Shown: positions 13,761 to 27,300, counted from the first letter of the stretch. The stretch is DNA of 64,000 bases from Batkoa obscura (GCA_030770535.1 JASVEC010000002.1:1984001-2048000), one strand, 5' to 3'. Notes: generated by a model from the letters alone, not told the origin. A program made the numbers and translations.

Positions 13761-14546
13761 AATTATACTTATTCTTATTGTTACTCCAAGTGTTTCCTTT
13801 TATTGAATTCATAACATGACATAAAATTTTATATCTGGTTATTTTAAAAGATTTAATATTTAAAATCTTGATAACTTATAGCTAAGTGATAAAATTAACT
13901 TAATATAAGTTTTAAAGGGTGTCCCTTATTTTTTATTTTTGCATTTTATTCACAATATTTAAACATTATAATTAATATAGTTTTATTATTTAAGCAAGCC
14001 TTCACAATATGTAATAAACATTTTTATAAGATAGTTAAAACAGAATTTAATAAAAAAAATCTAAAAGTTTCAAAAACCAGTATTACCTTAATTATCATAC
14101 TTTATAAGTTATCAATTTTCTGTATAATTATAATTATTTTAGAGAAAATAGTAAATTCATAAATTTTGAAACTTAATCTACAAATAAATAAAAATCGAAG
14201 TTTATTATTTTTGCTACAATTTTAACTATTATTGTATTACAAATTATATAATAGCTAGTACATTTTTTATACTGATTCTTTGAAATTGGTTACAACATAT
14301 TTCTAACTAATCCTTGCTGATCATAATAATATTGATGATAGCTTTTAGATTTTGATTTTCAAGAATGTAATTTAAAAGCTACAGCTAGAATGTTCTGAAT
14401 CAAGAAACCTTGCAAATTACTGCAAAGAAAATTAAGCTCCCATAAATCTTCTTGATTCTGGACAACTTTAGTTAAGAATAAAATTCTCAAAATTGAATAA
14501 AAAGTCAAATCTAACAAAAAACTAAATTTATTTTAGAAAAATAGAA

Positions 14547-15251
14547 ATGAATCGTATGAACTTATTATTCCGTCCAATCCTTAAAAAAGGATTGATGCCT
14601 TCCGCCTCATTACGTGCCAATCAATCCCGTAGTATCCAATACTCCAGATTTTTAAAAATTGAGGAAAATAATGTAAATGGAAAAAAAGCTGAAGAGGCCA
14701 CTAAAGAGGAAGCCAAAGAAGAAACATCCGAAAAGGTAGCTGAGTTAATCAAAGAAAAAGAAAAACAAATTGCTGAAATTAAGGTAATACAATAGTTATA
14801 ACATTTCGACTAAAACTAATCGTAATAGGATCATTACTTAAGAAGTTTAGCTGATATGGAGAATCTTCGTCAACGTACCAAAAAAGATATGGAAAACGCC
14901 ACCAACTTTGCCTTACAAAAATTTGTTAAAGACTTGTTATCCACCGTTGATATTTTGGAAATGGCTTTGAAATCTGTAGGTAAAGAACAAATTGAAAGTT
15001 CCAAGGTTGTTTCTGACTTCCACGTTGGTGTCTCAATGACTCAAACTGAGCTCTTAAAGACCTTAAAAAACCATGGTGTGTTACCTATTAACCCTGTCGG
15101 AGAACCTTTCGATCCTAACATGCATCAAGCTCTCTATAAAGCACCAGTTCCAGGAAAAGAGTCTGATACCATCCTCGCTGTTGAAAAAGTAGGTTATACT
15201 TTGAATGGGAGAGTAATAAGGCCAGCACAAGTTGGTGTTGTAAAGAATTAG
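14547..15251 (+). CDS. MGE1: Mitochondrial GrpE nucleotide exchange factor, 2 exons
   Basis: Arg-rich presequence, YLRSLADMENLRQRT, FDPNMHQAL, GYTLNGRVIRPAQVGV. Intron ~14783-14828. Confidence 0.96.
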
Positions 15252-15768
15252 ATATATATAATTAGATCCGAATAGTTGATATAACTTAACTTTTACAGTA
15301 TATGTGGGTCATTCTTTACTATTTTTGGTCTAAGAATATTGGCTTGGCTTAATACTTTGATATAAAATTAATTACCATGTTTCTTGAATTGAATTATTGA
15401 TATTATGAAAAGTTTCATTTTTTGCTTATTTTGATTTATTATCACTATAAGCAATTTGGATTATGACGTTTCTTTTATAAGTTATTAAGGATTTCGGATT
15501 GCATATTATCGTCAATTATGATACTATATACTTTTATATGTTGATAGCCTGTAATTAGGATGCCTATCTCGACGATCTTTATGTTAGTTAATTAAATAAA
15601 ATCTATGTTAATTTTACTATACTACTACTATCAATTTCACGCTATTGTTACTATTAGTTATAATTATTAGTGCAATAAAAATAATTCAAAAACTCGAACA
15701 TAAAAGTTAAAAATTTTATACAAATAACAAGAGATGCAATAACACAGGAGCTCATGGAGTGCTGATGA

Positions 15769-16922
15769 TTATGTTTCTAACTTTGAAATTCTTTCAGTCA
15801 ATTCATCAATTTCATCATCCTCGTCTTCTTCGTCTGACAATATTTCCATGTCGGATAAGGATCCCAAAGCGTCAGCTGCATTAATTGTTTCCAATGCTTC
15901 TTTGATTTTCTCTGAAGCTTCAGAATCTTCTTCAAAGTTATTTCCATTAAGTTCGAGCTTCTTCAATTTTGAAAAATGTTTTAAACTATCTGCTAATAAA
16001 ATAGCTCCTGCATGGTCGATTTCATTATAAGTTAAAATAATTTCTTCAATTTTAGCTGGACGAGCTTCAGCTAATGCAGTTGCAAGTACTTTGCCACCTT
16101 TGGCTTTTAAAAGACAATCACCTACATTTAATACACGGAGCTTTGGCCAGTTAACGAGAGCAGCTGCAAGCACTTTGGATCCAGTCTCTGTAAAAGTGTT
16201 ATCTTGTAAATCAAAAATTTCAAGGGAGGGAATCTTTGATAACCCATTTACAAGGGCAGTAACACCTTCTGGACGAATGCCATTCTGAGGCAAACGTACT
16301 TCTACTAAAGTGGGATGAGCTTGGAAAGCTTTAGCTAAAAGTTCAGATGAGCCATTTTCTAAACGATTACGCCCAGCAATGAAAGTCTTTAAAGTGGTAG
16401 GCAATTTTTTAGCTGCTTTTTCTTCAGCAGCTTTGATAAGTGCATGAGCAATAAAAGTTCCACCGCTAACTCCTAAGCCATTATTATTGAGTTTAAGGAC
16501 TTGTAAAGCTTTGTTATTAACTAAGAAGTTAACTAGAGGTTCAGCACCAGCAGGACCGAAAGCATTGTCACTTAAGTTCAGTTCAATTAAATGTTCTTTA
16601 TCTACAATTGCATCACATATAGCAATTAGAGCAGGGGGGATTTCTGAGCGTAAACGTCCAGTAAAAATATCACTAAGGTTCAAAACCTTACACGATTAAA
16701 TTGTATAATAAAATCAAAATTGTAAAATACCTTAATATGCTGTTTAGTCTTTAAAACCTCGGCAAAGGCTTTAGCAGCTTCAACACCAAGCGTATTACCT
16801 GAAAGAACGATAGTTTCTACTTTTTCAAGTTTGTTTAACTCATCAAGATGGGGCTGAATAAGTTCAACGTTATCAAATTTCAAGCCTTTTCCTTCGATAC
16901 TAAATACAAGTTGGTTTGTCAT
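15769..16922 (-). CDS. RNA1: Ran GTPase-activating protein (LRR), 2 exons
   Basis: LSGNTLGVEAA, NLSDIFTGRLRSEIP, LSDNAFGP and GRNRLENGS motifs; acidic tail. Confidence 0.96.
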
Positions 16923-17391
16923 GTTACTATTTAAAAAATAAAAGTGTAAAAAATTTTAAGTGGATTATTTGTAATGTGGCTACAATTGTCCTATTGGCTT
17001 AAAATTTTAATATTGAATATGATTACTTTTTATTGGTTTAAAGTTGCTTTACACAGTTAATGTTTACCGTTTTAAAATTTTTAATTCAATATCATTTGAT
17101 GCTTGGAGTTTATTAATTGATACTTGAAAGTATTATTCAAAGTGAAATATATAAAACTTCAACAAGTTTGATCGAAAAATCAAAATTTCAAAAAGAGCCA
17201 CTATCTAGTTTTGACGACATATTTCATATAAAAACAAATTTTAATTTACTTTTTATAAAGATGTATATTATTTGTACTATAATAGCTTAATACAAAAACA
17301 AATTATTTTAAGTATAGGTGAGATGTTCATGTAAATACTTAGAATATACCAAATAATTATCTTTTAATCAAATAATCTTAATCAAACAAAT

Positions 17392-18972
17392 TTAACCAAG
17401 AAGTATGTTTGCAGCCAAATCAGCATCTCCGTTTGTTTGTGTAAGTAAGGCAACGGCGTATTCTCTTGTGATACCACCCAATTCCATTAAATCTTTAATG
17501 GCTTTTTCTGAAACCTGAGAGTTTGCTAATAAAAAACATTAATCTAACTTATTATTTGGACCTAAAAATACTCACTTCCTTGTGGTAAGGTATTTGAAGA
17601 ACTCATAGCTTGGTTACTTGGAGTTGAACTTGAAACAGAGTTTTGCTCATTTGGATCACCTTGGAAATTTGATTTCGGAATCTGATGTTCTGGCAAAAAT
17701 GGTATTTTTTCGTCATTAATGACTAACGCATTAAGCTTAAGATCAATACAGGCCTATGTAATATTCAATCAGTTTAATACCAAAGCTATTTTTACTATTA
17801 TATACCTGATATCTTTTAAGCATATCTAACCCGAACAATAAGTCAACATCTTTACCCTATTACTTTTAATAAAACTATTATCATTATTGTTGTATACTAT
17901 ACCTCAAGAACCATAAATGAACAAGGGTAGAAGTTTGCTCCTATCTTAATTGGAGCATTATGTACCCTGCCTAAAATCTTTGCAGTACCAACTCCTCTTG
18001 CTATACCTTGAAACCTAGTGTCCAAGAGTCTCATCAAACTACATAATAATTAGTAATAGCATAATGGGTTTATGTTCCGACTTACCCGCATTTTTCAGCA
18101 CAGCTAGGGCTAACTAGAAAAATTGTTAAGGGGTGGATTTTTTAATATTAATATTTACTAATAGTTGATTGAGCGCCAGAATCAACAAATGCTTTAACAC
18201 GGACGCCGTTCACTTCTATATCGATATACAACATATGAACCTTTCATAATAAATAAAAGGTGAAATTTAAAAAATTATTATTTACTTGACCAAAAGATTC
18301 TGGGTTATGTTCCATAGCCTCCTTCATATTTTCCATTACATTTTGATTGCGGATTATTTCTTCGATCTTTTTTTGAGCTTCTATATTAAATGGATCTGCT
18401 TCTAGTAGAGCCTAATATAATATTATTTGTTTATTCAATACTTGAATCTATCTATTTCTTTTTACCATTTCTTTTTCTCTTTCAAATTCCATTTCCCTTT
18501 GCTTTCGTTCAAACTCTATAAAAAGTCTAGCGAATTTTGCTGGGTCATTAACGGCAGCTTCAGCCAACTCTGGAGAGGTCTAGAAACTTAAATAATTAAT
18601 TCATATTTACAAAATTAATATAACCTCTTCTAATCTTCTTTTTAACTGAGGTATAGTAAGAATCTTCTGTCTTAATGCTTCAGGGTTAGTACCAAAAGAG
18701 GTTGAATTATTAAATGAAGATTGAGGTAGTTGGGTTTGTGGGTTAGCTTCTAAAGATAATATATTGGCTACTAGAATATCGTTCTCCTGTACTCCATAAT
18801 CATCTAAACTTTTGGTTGGCTCAGCAAGCTCTTTATTATTATAAAGTATTAATATTCTTTCTTCTGGTTGATCTAATTCTGCTCCTAATAACGCTTTAAA
18901 GGATTGTATATCCATAGAACCATGGACTTCTAAATTATGTAATTCTTCCCCTACTGATATTGTTAGCTTCAT
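17392..18972 (-). CDS. DDI1: DNA-damage inducible protein 1 (UBL, retroviral-type aspartic protease, UBA), multi-exon
   Basis: N-terminal UBL. Spliced [48 protein letters not shown] and [14 protein letters not shown]-terminal [15 protein letters not shown]. Confidence 0.95.
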
Positions 18973-19293
18973 TTATAAAAGAGAAATGATGACGTTTACG
19001 ATTTTTAGTTTATTTTGAATCTTTTAAATTCTATTAATAAATTTAGGTTAAATTAAATAATTTATTAGCTAATAATTAACACGATAATTAAATTTTATAT
19101 CAAATTAGCTTTTAATTTTAAAATATTAACATCATTTCCAAAAGGACTATTGTAATATCCAGTTTGAAACATAAGTATTGTAAATAAAAATTGATTACTA
19201 TACGAAGATAAAAACTAATTAGTGAGAAGATGATTTATTTATATTCTTTGTGACAAGGAAACCATAGATATCTTTTAAAGTTAGTCAAAGATT

Positions 19294-20248
19294 TTAATTT
19301 CTAGCTTTCTTGGAAGCTTGCTGAACTTCTTCATCATCTTCTTCATCGTCATCCTCAACTTCTTCATCATCACTAAAGTCTTCCGCTCCTTCGTTACCAA
19401 TATAGAAGCTAACTATTAGTACTTATTTCTATTAACAGTAAATACAAAGATTACTCTAAAGCAGTTGGATAAAGTTCTTCAATGAAAAATGTATCAGCAC
19501 CAAGGGCTTCTTTAGCAGTTAACCATTCAATGAAGGTTATACCTTCTGAATCTTCATCTTGCTCTGTGACTTTAATTTCCTAATATAGTATAAATCAATG
19601 GAAGAATTAAAGCTAGTGTAAGAAATTTACTTTTCCTGCTTTCCATTCAAGCTTATCGCTTTTAGGAACTAATTGTGGGTGAGCATGGTCATTTTCTTCA
19701 TTCTTAACTTCTAAGATTGTTAAATCACGAGTATATTTCTTATTACTAATATAGTCGTTGTCATTAAATTCCTAATTTTACCACATTAGTTATTTTTAAT
19801 GGTATAAATTTAAAAACATACAAAAACTAAAGCTCCATTAGTAAGGTTTCCTTCTCTATAATCAACAGTAATGTTTTTAATACTGTCTAAAATCTAAATA
19901 AAGTAAAAATGAATAAAAAAAACAAGAAAATAAAAAAATTAAGTTACACTAGATACCTCAGGTGTATTGACATCGTCTATTGGATAAGGTTAAAACTAAA
20001 ATAGGTAAAAATAAAAAACATTTACCAAAGATACCAGAGTTTCTTATGGCATTACCCCAAAAGTTGTCAATTTTTTGGAAAATTTTATCAAGAGCCTTAA
20101 AGTGAGGTTCTTTTTTAACAAAATATTTAGCCTTAAGGATTTCTACTTCGTGTTCTTTTTCGTGCTCAAGTTGAGAAACTTTTTCATAGAGACTATCGAT
20201 TTGGGCTTCTAATTCTGGGGTTATATTATGGCTGGCTCCGTTACTCAT
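19294..20248 (-). CDS. Nucleosome assembly protein (NAP/SET/Vps75) family histone chaperone, multi-exon
   Basis: KIDNFWGNAIRN, FEFNDNDYISN, KLEWKAGK and TFIEWL motifs; acidic tail ending in basic KKARN. Confidence 0.8.
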
Positions 20249-21492
20249 TTTGTTTTCCTTTATATTCGTAAAAAGATAACTTTATCCATGATTATTTCAA
20301 TTTATATACTTTTCCTAATAATCCTAAGCTTACTATTATGGGTCCATTTTGTTTACATGACGTTGCTGATTTCCAATCATTTTTATTATCTTATCAAATA
20401 GAATCAATATGACTACAACCTGCTTTGAATTAACTAAGACTTACGTGATCTATTCTAAAAATCTGATTGGTTGAATTAGCTTTTTATTTTTTTCGAATTG
20501 TATAACCATTAGAATTACAATATTAAACAAAAGGAACGAATAAATAATCTCATCATGAGCCTTTATTTAAATTTATAAAATAAAAACTCTATATTGTATT
20601 TTTAGATATAATAAACCAACATAATTTTAATTTTAATTTTTACAAAGAAATTAGCTGACATTTTTTCAACTTCCATAATTAAGAAGTAAACTAATTATTA
20701 AAAAGAAAAAACATTTAAAGTATTATTGTAGATATAAAGACTGTTCAAAAACTTCAATGCTTAAAATTGAGGAATAATTTTTACTAAAAGAACTGTAATG
20801 TTTGAACAATTTAATATTAAAATAAAATGAAGTTTATAAAAATTTACCCTTATTTTTTACTGTTGATTTATCTTCAGGAATTCAAATTTGACTGTTATAT
20901 AAGAGCCCTCTTGCTTCATCAATTATTTGCTTATTGAAACTTAACTTTTGAAAAAAAATAGTCTTTAAAGAAACGCAAATAAAAAACATGATCGTGTTTT
21001 AAATAAATTGATATTGGTTATCAACTATTGTTTATTAAACTATCAATGATGAGCGCCGGGGTCAGTTGGTATCTTTATTATTATTATTTCTAATGGTCCT
21101 GGTATTCTTAACAGTGGGAATAATTTAGATTATATAGCTAAAGCTGTTAGTGCCCTAATTAGAGGAATCATATAACATAGGCCCTCAATCCAAAATTCAA
21201 AATGGAGCAACCTTTTGCTGTCTCAATGGCTGACGAATCTCAGCTAGATGAGTCATCAGCCATCGTTACTCATCCTGTTTTCTAATACTTAATTTTGTTT
21301 TAGCATTAGTTAAGTAGATGGATGACCTTTTAACTTCTATTAAACTTTGAAAAGCATATTTAACGTATATCTTTTATATCGCTCATAAATAAAGTATTAA
21401 GATTAAATTATTATCAATAACATATAATAATATATATTCAAATGTTTATTATAAGGTAATAATATGTGAATAGTAGCAAAGAATCTATTCCT

Positions 21493-21747
21493 TTAAGGCT
21501 TAACGGCAGGAGGAGCAGCTGCAGGGGGAGCAACTGTAGGAGGAGTAGTTGCAGGAGGAGTAGCTACAGGAGGATTAGCTGCAGGAGGATTAACTACAGG
21601 AGGTGCTGGAGTTGTATCCTTATGTTTTCCAAGCCCTTTAGTTACAGTATCAAGAGCTTTAGTAACACCCAAAGCATCACCATCTTGCATAATAGCTGGT
21701 GCAGCAAAGATAGTACCAATAAAGAGAGTAAGTAATTTAATATTCAT
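21493..21747 (-). CDS. Small secreted Pro/Ala/Thr-rich protein (MNIKLL family)
   Basis: Signal-peptide-like N-terminus and 15-nt repeats encoding xxPPA. GC-elevated ORF in AT-rich surroundings. Paralogs at 58762, 62046 and 62867. Confidence 0.8.
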   Translation of the reverse strand: MNIKLLTLFIGTIFAAPAIMQDGDALGVTKALDTVTKGLGKHKDTTPAPPVVNPPAANPPVATPPATTPPTVAPPAAAPPAVKP

Positions 21748-22603
21748 TATTAATTGGTTTAATAGATTGTGATTAATAAGTAGTAATATTTGTTTGATAC
21801 TTTAGAATGTTCATTATATTTCTCTTTTATACTTAATGTTTGCAATTCTCCATTACATCAATAAAACAGCGTTGTGCCCTTTTATCATAGCTTTAACTCA
21901 ATAATATCTTCCAGTGTCAACTATTGATTATTGTTTCAACTTATTTTGGATTGTGGAGTATAACTTACCGTTAATTTCAAACAGTCCTTATTTCATTATT
22001 TAGTAATACCCTTTAGTTTATTACGTTATTAGACATCATTATATTATCATTTACATTTAGCTCTATTTACGAATATTGACTTTATTGCAATATCTAACTT
22101 CCGGTTATTTCATATCAAAATTAATTTATACAAAAATGGTTAATTAAAGCGTTGAAAATTTTCTTGTTAAAAATGGTCAATTTTAATTTTATAATAAAGA
22201 TTATACAATTCTATTATAGTCAAATATTATGTTTTAAATTTTGTTCTCTTTTCCCTCTTGATTGCTTTGGAAATAAAGTTGATACTACTATTCTTTCTAA
22301 TTAATAAGTATCATTTAAAAATTAATTCTTTATTGCTATCGTTAGTAATAGTATTTAAAACTTTGGAATTTTAATTAAATCAAAATGTATAATAATTTGC
22401 TATCTAGCTTTTATTCAAACAACTCATAATGGTGCTAATCTATAGATCTTTCTAAAATATAATGAAGGTTTATACCATAAGCATGACATAGAAAGGGATA
22501 TTTTCCATTATTTTATCCACTTTTTAGTCATCTTAAAATTTCAGAAAGAGTAATTTTTAGTCTAACACACTCATGTTTTAATAAATGAATAGATATTGTA
22601 TTT

Positions 22604-22697
22604 GGAGATTTTTTTTTAAGAATTTTACTAACAGTTTTTCGGCTCAAATAGATAATGCTTAAAAATGGAAAAGTGATAAAATTAAAAAAATATTCTC
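22604..22697 (+). mobile_element. MITE family A, degenerate copy
   Basis: Core taagaattttactaacagtttttcggctcaaatag...cttaaaaatggaaaagtgat. Confidence 0.75.
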
Positions 22698-22938
22698 AAT
22701 CAACATTGAGGAAGTGTTTTAGGAAAACTAAACTAAACTAATTAATTATACTACTAAAGTTTATTTTATAACAACAGTAATCTGAATACTCAGCATTTTA
22801 TTATTATCATGATTTTTACAAAAGTTATTAGGTGTAAGCTACAATCAAATGTATGCTTTACAGGTACATTTTTAAAACTATTATGAATTATTGAACTGAT
22901 AATACTAAGGTTAATCAAATAAGCTTAATTTAAAATAT

Positions 22939-23036
22939 GGGGATGTTTTTTTGATTTCATAACTCTTTCCATTTTTTAACCGTTATTTGAGTGGAAAGAT
23001 TGTTAGAAAAATTCTTAAATACAAAAATACATCCCC
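22939..23036 (-). mobile_element. MITE family A, 98 bp, ATAT TSD
   Basis: atat|GGGGATGTTTTT...AAAAATACATCCCC|atat. Confidence 0.92.
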
Positions 23037-23228
23037 ATATAATAATATTATATTAATAATACAAAATAGGATCAATCTTGTCTTTCAAAAATCCGTTTTT
23101 AAATTGCTATTGATAATAATATAAGGATAATTTATTAACTAAATAAATACTATTCAATGTGTGACATCATATTAATATTATTGTAACTAAATTTAAACAG
23201 TTTTATATTAAAGTTACAGCTACTATAT

Positions 23229-23428
23229 GGGGATGTATTTTTTGTTTAAGAATTTTACTAACAATCTTTCCACTCAAATAGCGCTTAAAAATGTAAAAGT
23301 GATGAAATCAAAAAAAACATTCTAATATATGGGGATGTATTTTTGTGTTTAAGAATTTTACTAATAATTTTTCCGCCTAAATAGCGCTTAAAAATGGAAA
23401 AAATAATGAAGTCAAGAAAAACACTCCC
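23229..23428 (+). mobile_element. MITE family A head-to-tail dimer (23229-23324 and 23331-23428)
   Basis: Two units starting GGGGATGTATTTTT, separated by ATATAT and flanked by ATAT on both sides. Confidence 0.9.
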
Positions 23429-23540
23429 ATATCAAGATTAAAATTGATATATTCAATTTACTAAGCTAGATAAGAAATTCAACAATTATAAAAAGTAACT
23501 AAATTCATCAATATTTTATTTAGAAGCGACATTAAAACTT

Positions 23541-24830
23541 GAGCTACTACTCAATCTCCTTTTTGAAACCATTTTTAAATTAATATATTCACTGTACTTA
23601 TTTAATTTCTGTTTTTTAAGTAAAAGGTTATTTACATTTGTAAGCAAAGTCATAGAACACAATCTAACATATGGGGATGTTTTTTTCAGCTTGATTACTT
23701 TTTCCATCTTTTAAGCGCTATTTGAGCGGAAAAATTGTTAGTAAAATTCTTAAATACAAAAATACATCCCCATATTCAGTCTATGATAAATTCAAAGAAT
23801 ATTAAGGGTTTCAAGAGAAATATATTGAAAATAACACATTGCTAATGAAACATTTGAATGTAAATAGTAAGGATGATATATAATTTTCATAAGAAGAAAA
23901 TAATAGATTTTTATAGCACTAAGAAATTATTAGAACTATTTAGGTATCATTTAAGTCAAATCGGAGTAGCTAGGTTTTATCGGTCTATCAATAACATTGA
24001 ATATGTTATCAAGTATTTTACTCCAAGCGTTTTAAGGTCCTTAAAAATATACAACAGTGCTTATTTAGACATTTGAGGATTGGAAATATTACAAACAGAG
24101 TTCAACAAATTAAAAATGTTGCGCCTAAGATCTGATGGATATATTGGCGTTTATAATGAAATCAACCCTGGTATAAGTTTTGGCTCAGTTAGAATTAAAA
24201 ATCAGTGTAAGTTTTAATTTTGATCTTTCATGCTTTTGTGATTTGACATGATTAAAGAACATACAGTTAATAACCTCCAAAAGCCCTTATTTTAACAATG
24301 ATGAGAGTGTAGAGTTTCTTGAAAATAATAACATTGGTGCTTTAGGACGCTTTTGCTTGAATAATATATTTAACCATGGTATTCTAGAATTATTGAGTTT
24401 AAAAAAAGTCCAATTGATTAACCTACTAAAAGACACATTAAGAGCAATTCCTCTATCGTCAAATATTCAACTATTCAGACTATTCACTTTAATTATTTAA
24501 ATTTTACTATTCGAAAAATGTTTGGTAAACGTCAGTTAGATAAGAATGAACTTTATAAAAAAACTACAATCCAATTAAGTGTAGATTTACCAAGCATATT
24601 ATTATTAATTGCTCTAAACTTACACTTGAAAAAGTTTATTGCTTCTTATTCCTTTTCCCAAACCTTGAAGCCTTAAATATTAAGAGATTTAAATTAGCGA
24701 TTCTAAATAGTGCTATCGAATTTAAACTTATTATTCCTTTATTATTTGTTGCTCCTATTGAAAATTTGAATGATAAAGCTTGTAAAGAAATGGAGCAGAT
24801 CTCCATACTAAACTGGGTAAGAGTAGAATA
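23541..24830 (+). pseudogene. Decayed F-box/LRR-like gene interrupted by a MITE; ends approximate
   Basis: ELLLNLLFETIFKLIYSLYLFNFCFLSKRLFTFVSKVIEHNLTY resembles an F-box. The frame continues across the MITE, followed by LxxLxI-type segments with many stops and frameshifts. Confidence 0.45.
23673..23771 (-). mobile_element. MITE family A, 99 bp, ATAT TSD
   Basis: atat|GGGGATGTTTTTTT...AAAAATACATCCCC|atat. Confidence 0.92.
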
Positions 24831-25046
24831 AGCCTATTATTAGCTAGATTTAGACATTGTTGCCTAATGTTCTATGTTGGCCTTTCTATATTATATCTAA
24901 TATATTATATTAGTCAGAACTACTCCAAATTTCGATCTATGATCTTTTGACATTATCTTATGTCTAATAAACTTTTATGCTTTTATTATGCTCCCTAATT
25001 ATTATAAATCAACTTTGTGTTTATTTTGTTTGTTTTGTTAATATTT

Positions 25047-25246
25047 GAGGATATATTTTTTGCTTAATAATTTTACTAGCAATTTTTTCGCTTAAATAGC
25101 GCTTAAAAAATGGAAAAAATTATGAAATCAAAAAAATATCACCATATGGGGCTGTATTTTTGTGTTTGAGAATTTTACTAACAAATTTTCCACTCAAATA
25201 GCACTTAAAAGATAGAAAAAGTGATGAAGCTAAAAAAAATACCTCC
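25047..25246 (+). mobile_element. MITE family A head-to-tail dimer (25047-25143 and 25148-25246)
   Basis: Units share an ATAT junction. The second starts GGGGCTGTATTTT and is followed by ATAT. Confidence 0.88.
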
Positions 25247-25486
25247 ATATTTTAAACCTTATTAACTATCTTTCTATAAGTCAAAGCAAAGCTGAATGTA
25301 TTTATCACAGTAACGCCCTGGGTTTGAGGTTAGCAAAGGTAGTATTTAAGTCTGTGGAAGCAGACTTTTTGATATAGCTTAATACATTAACTATGATAAT
25401 TCCCTTATTATTACATCTATATATTTAAGAGATGCCATCAAATATTTGAATATGCTTTTCTTGAACTTAGCACAATAAAATAATAT

Positions 25487-25741
25487 GAAAATATTTTTTA
25501 CCAATTATATCCATTTTTGCTACTTTTTGAAATTTCGAAACTAGTACACTTGTTAAACTTATGTCTTGCCTAACTTTTATAATTAAAAATTAAGTATTAA
25601 GTGACAAATTGGCATAATAATAAAATAGCTGTTTATAAAATTCATCATTAGCCAACACATCCAAACTTACAACTGAATTGGCTAGCTAATTTTAAATTTA
25701 AAAAAAGTAGCAAAAAAGGGCAATTGATAAAAAACACTCCC
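25487..25741. mobile_element. MITE family B, ~255 bp with ~55-bp imperfect TIRs
   Basis: Left ttttttaccaatt...tttttgctactttttgaaattt is inverse to right aaatttaaaaaaagtagcaaaaaa...aattgataaaaaacactccc. Flanks are atat/atac. Confidence 0.65.
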
Positions 25742-26017
25742 ATACTTTATACCTTAATTTATTAGAGCAGCTTGCAATTATATGGTCTTTATTTTTAATC
25801 TGTAATTAAAATTTTTAAATTGTATCTAAAAGCATCTAATAATCTTTGGCCATTTAAATTCACACTAGAAAAAAATAATTACAAATTTAAAGCAATAAAC
25901 TTTTAGTTACACAAGTTATTCTAATTTTGAGCTTAATGTTTGTTTATAAAAAAACAATTGATTTATTTGATCTATAAAATTAAAATTAATCTACGTTTGA
26001 CAAAAAAGTAAATTCAA

Positions 26018-27184
26018 ATGATGCAGGAAATGGTAGAAAGGGATAGAAATGAAGGAGAACGAGTTATAAATGAGACAAACGGTGATGGTATAGAGGCATA
26101 CCAATCAAGAAATCAAGAATACAGAGATTTAACAGAAAAAATTGAAGGTAAACTATAAATAAAACATTAACTACAAAATTGATACTTTTTAGCTGCTAAA
26201 ACGGAACCAGAGAAAGGACATCATGGATTGTTATCTTACAGTTTAAAATTGGCGAACAAGTTATTTAAACATGGTAAGAAGATATATAATAAATAAATAA
26301 ATAAATAAGTCGTGAATTCATTTTTCAGTAAGAAACCCATTTGAAGCCAGTATGGATAGCAAACTATTAAGGATGACTTCCGAACTTGGACAACAGGCAG
26401 CTAAGAGAATAAAATTAGAAGATAACTGTATAGATCCAGAACTATTTGTTGCTAAACTAAAAGATTTTAAATATGAGAAAAATGACGCATTGGTTAAACA
26501 AATGGATATTGAGACTATACCAACCAGTTATCACTTATCTAATTTAGTTAAATATCATTGGGATAAAGCACCAAGTGTCAATGTGTAATTAAAATTTTTG
26601 AATTGGCTAAAGTAGATTTTTAATTGTTTAGTTTAGGAATGCTAGGTTTAGCAAGAAGAGTAACGAGGAAAGTGGGTAGAAGAAAAGAGTTGGGATTAAA
26701 CAAAAGAGCAGCAGTTCAATCAGAACAAGTATTATATGTTAATTATGTCATATATCGTATTAAATTCTTTAATTAGGTGGATCATAAAGATTTAGCCAAG
26801 AATGGTAGCTCCACTGTGAATGAAGCAAAAGATATTTATATACTATTACAGCAATATGGGGAAATATCTTTATTTGAGTTTGCGCTTAATCCAATGAGTT
26901 TTGGACAATCTGTAGAAAATTTATTTTATATATCCTTTTTGATTAAAGAAGGCAAAGCTAAACTTGAACTAAACCAAGATACAAATATTTTAATGCTATC
27001 TGCTGCATCTGCTCCTACTAAAGATGACTATCAAAATGGTTTAAAAAAGAAGCAAATTATTATGGAATTGGATTATCAGTCTTGGGAAGGCTTAATCGCT
27101 TTTTTTAATATTAAAAGATCAATTATACCGGATAGGCAAGCCTATAATAGCAATGAAATGGTAACTAGTTATATTGTTGAATAA
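26018..27184 (+). CDS. NSE4: SMC5/6 kleisin subunit Nse4, multi-exon
   Basis: ANKLFKHVRNPFEASMDSKLL and ISLFEFALNPMSFGQSVENLFYISFLIKEGKAKL (Nse4 C-terminal motif). Confidence 0.92.
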
Positions 27185-27300
27185 TAGGATGCGATAAACG
27201 ATAAACGATATTAATGAGTAAATAAAAGTATATTTATTAAATTCTTGTTTTTTTATTATAAGCTTTAATTGGATAAAAAATGAGACACAATTTTAGCTTA

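Noticed and set aside
22604..25246. Clustered ~98-bp repeats as a CRISPR-like array
   Set aside because: Repeats are too long, occur in both orientations, are irregularly spaced and dispersed, and have TIRs and TSDs. The context is eukaryotic with no cas genes. They are MITEs.
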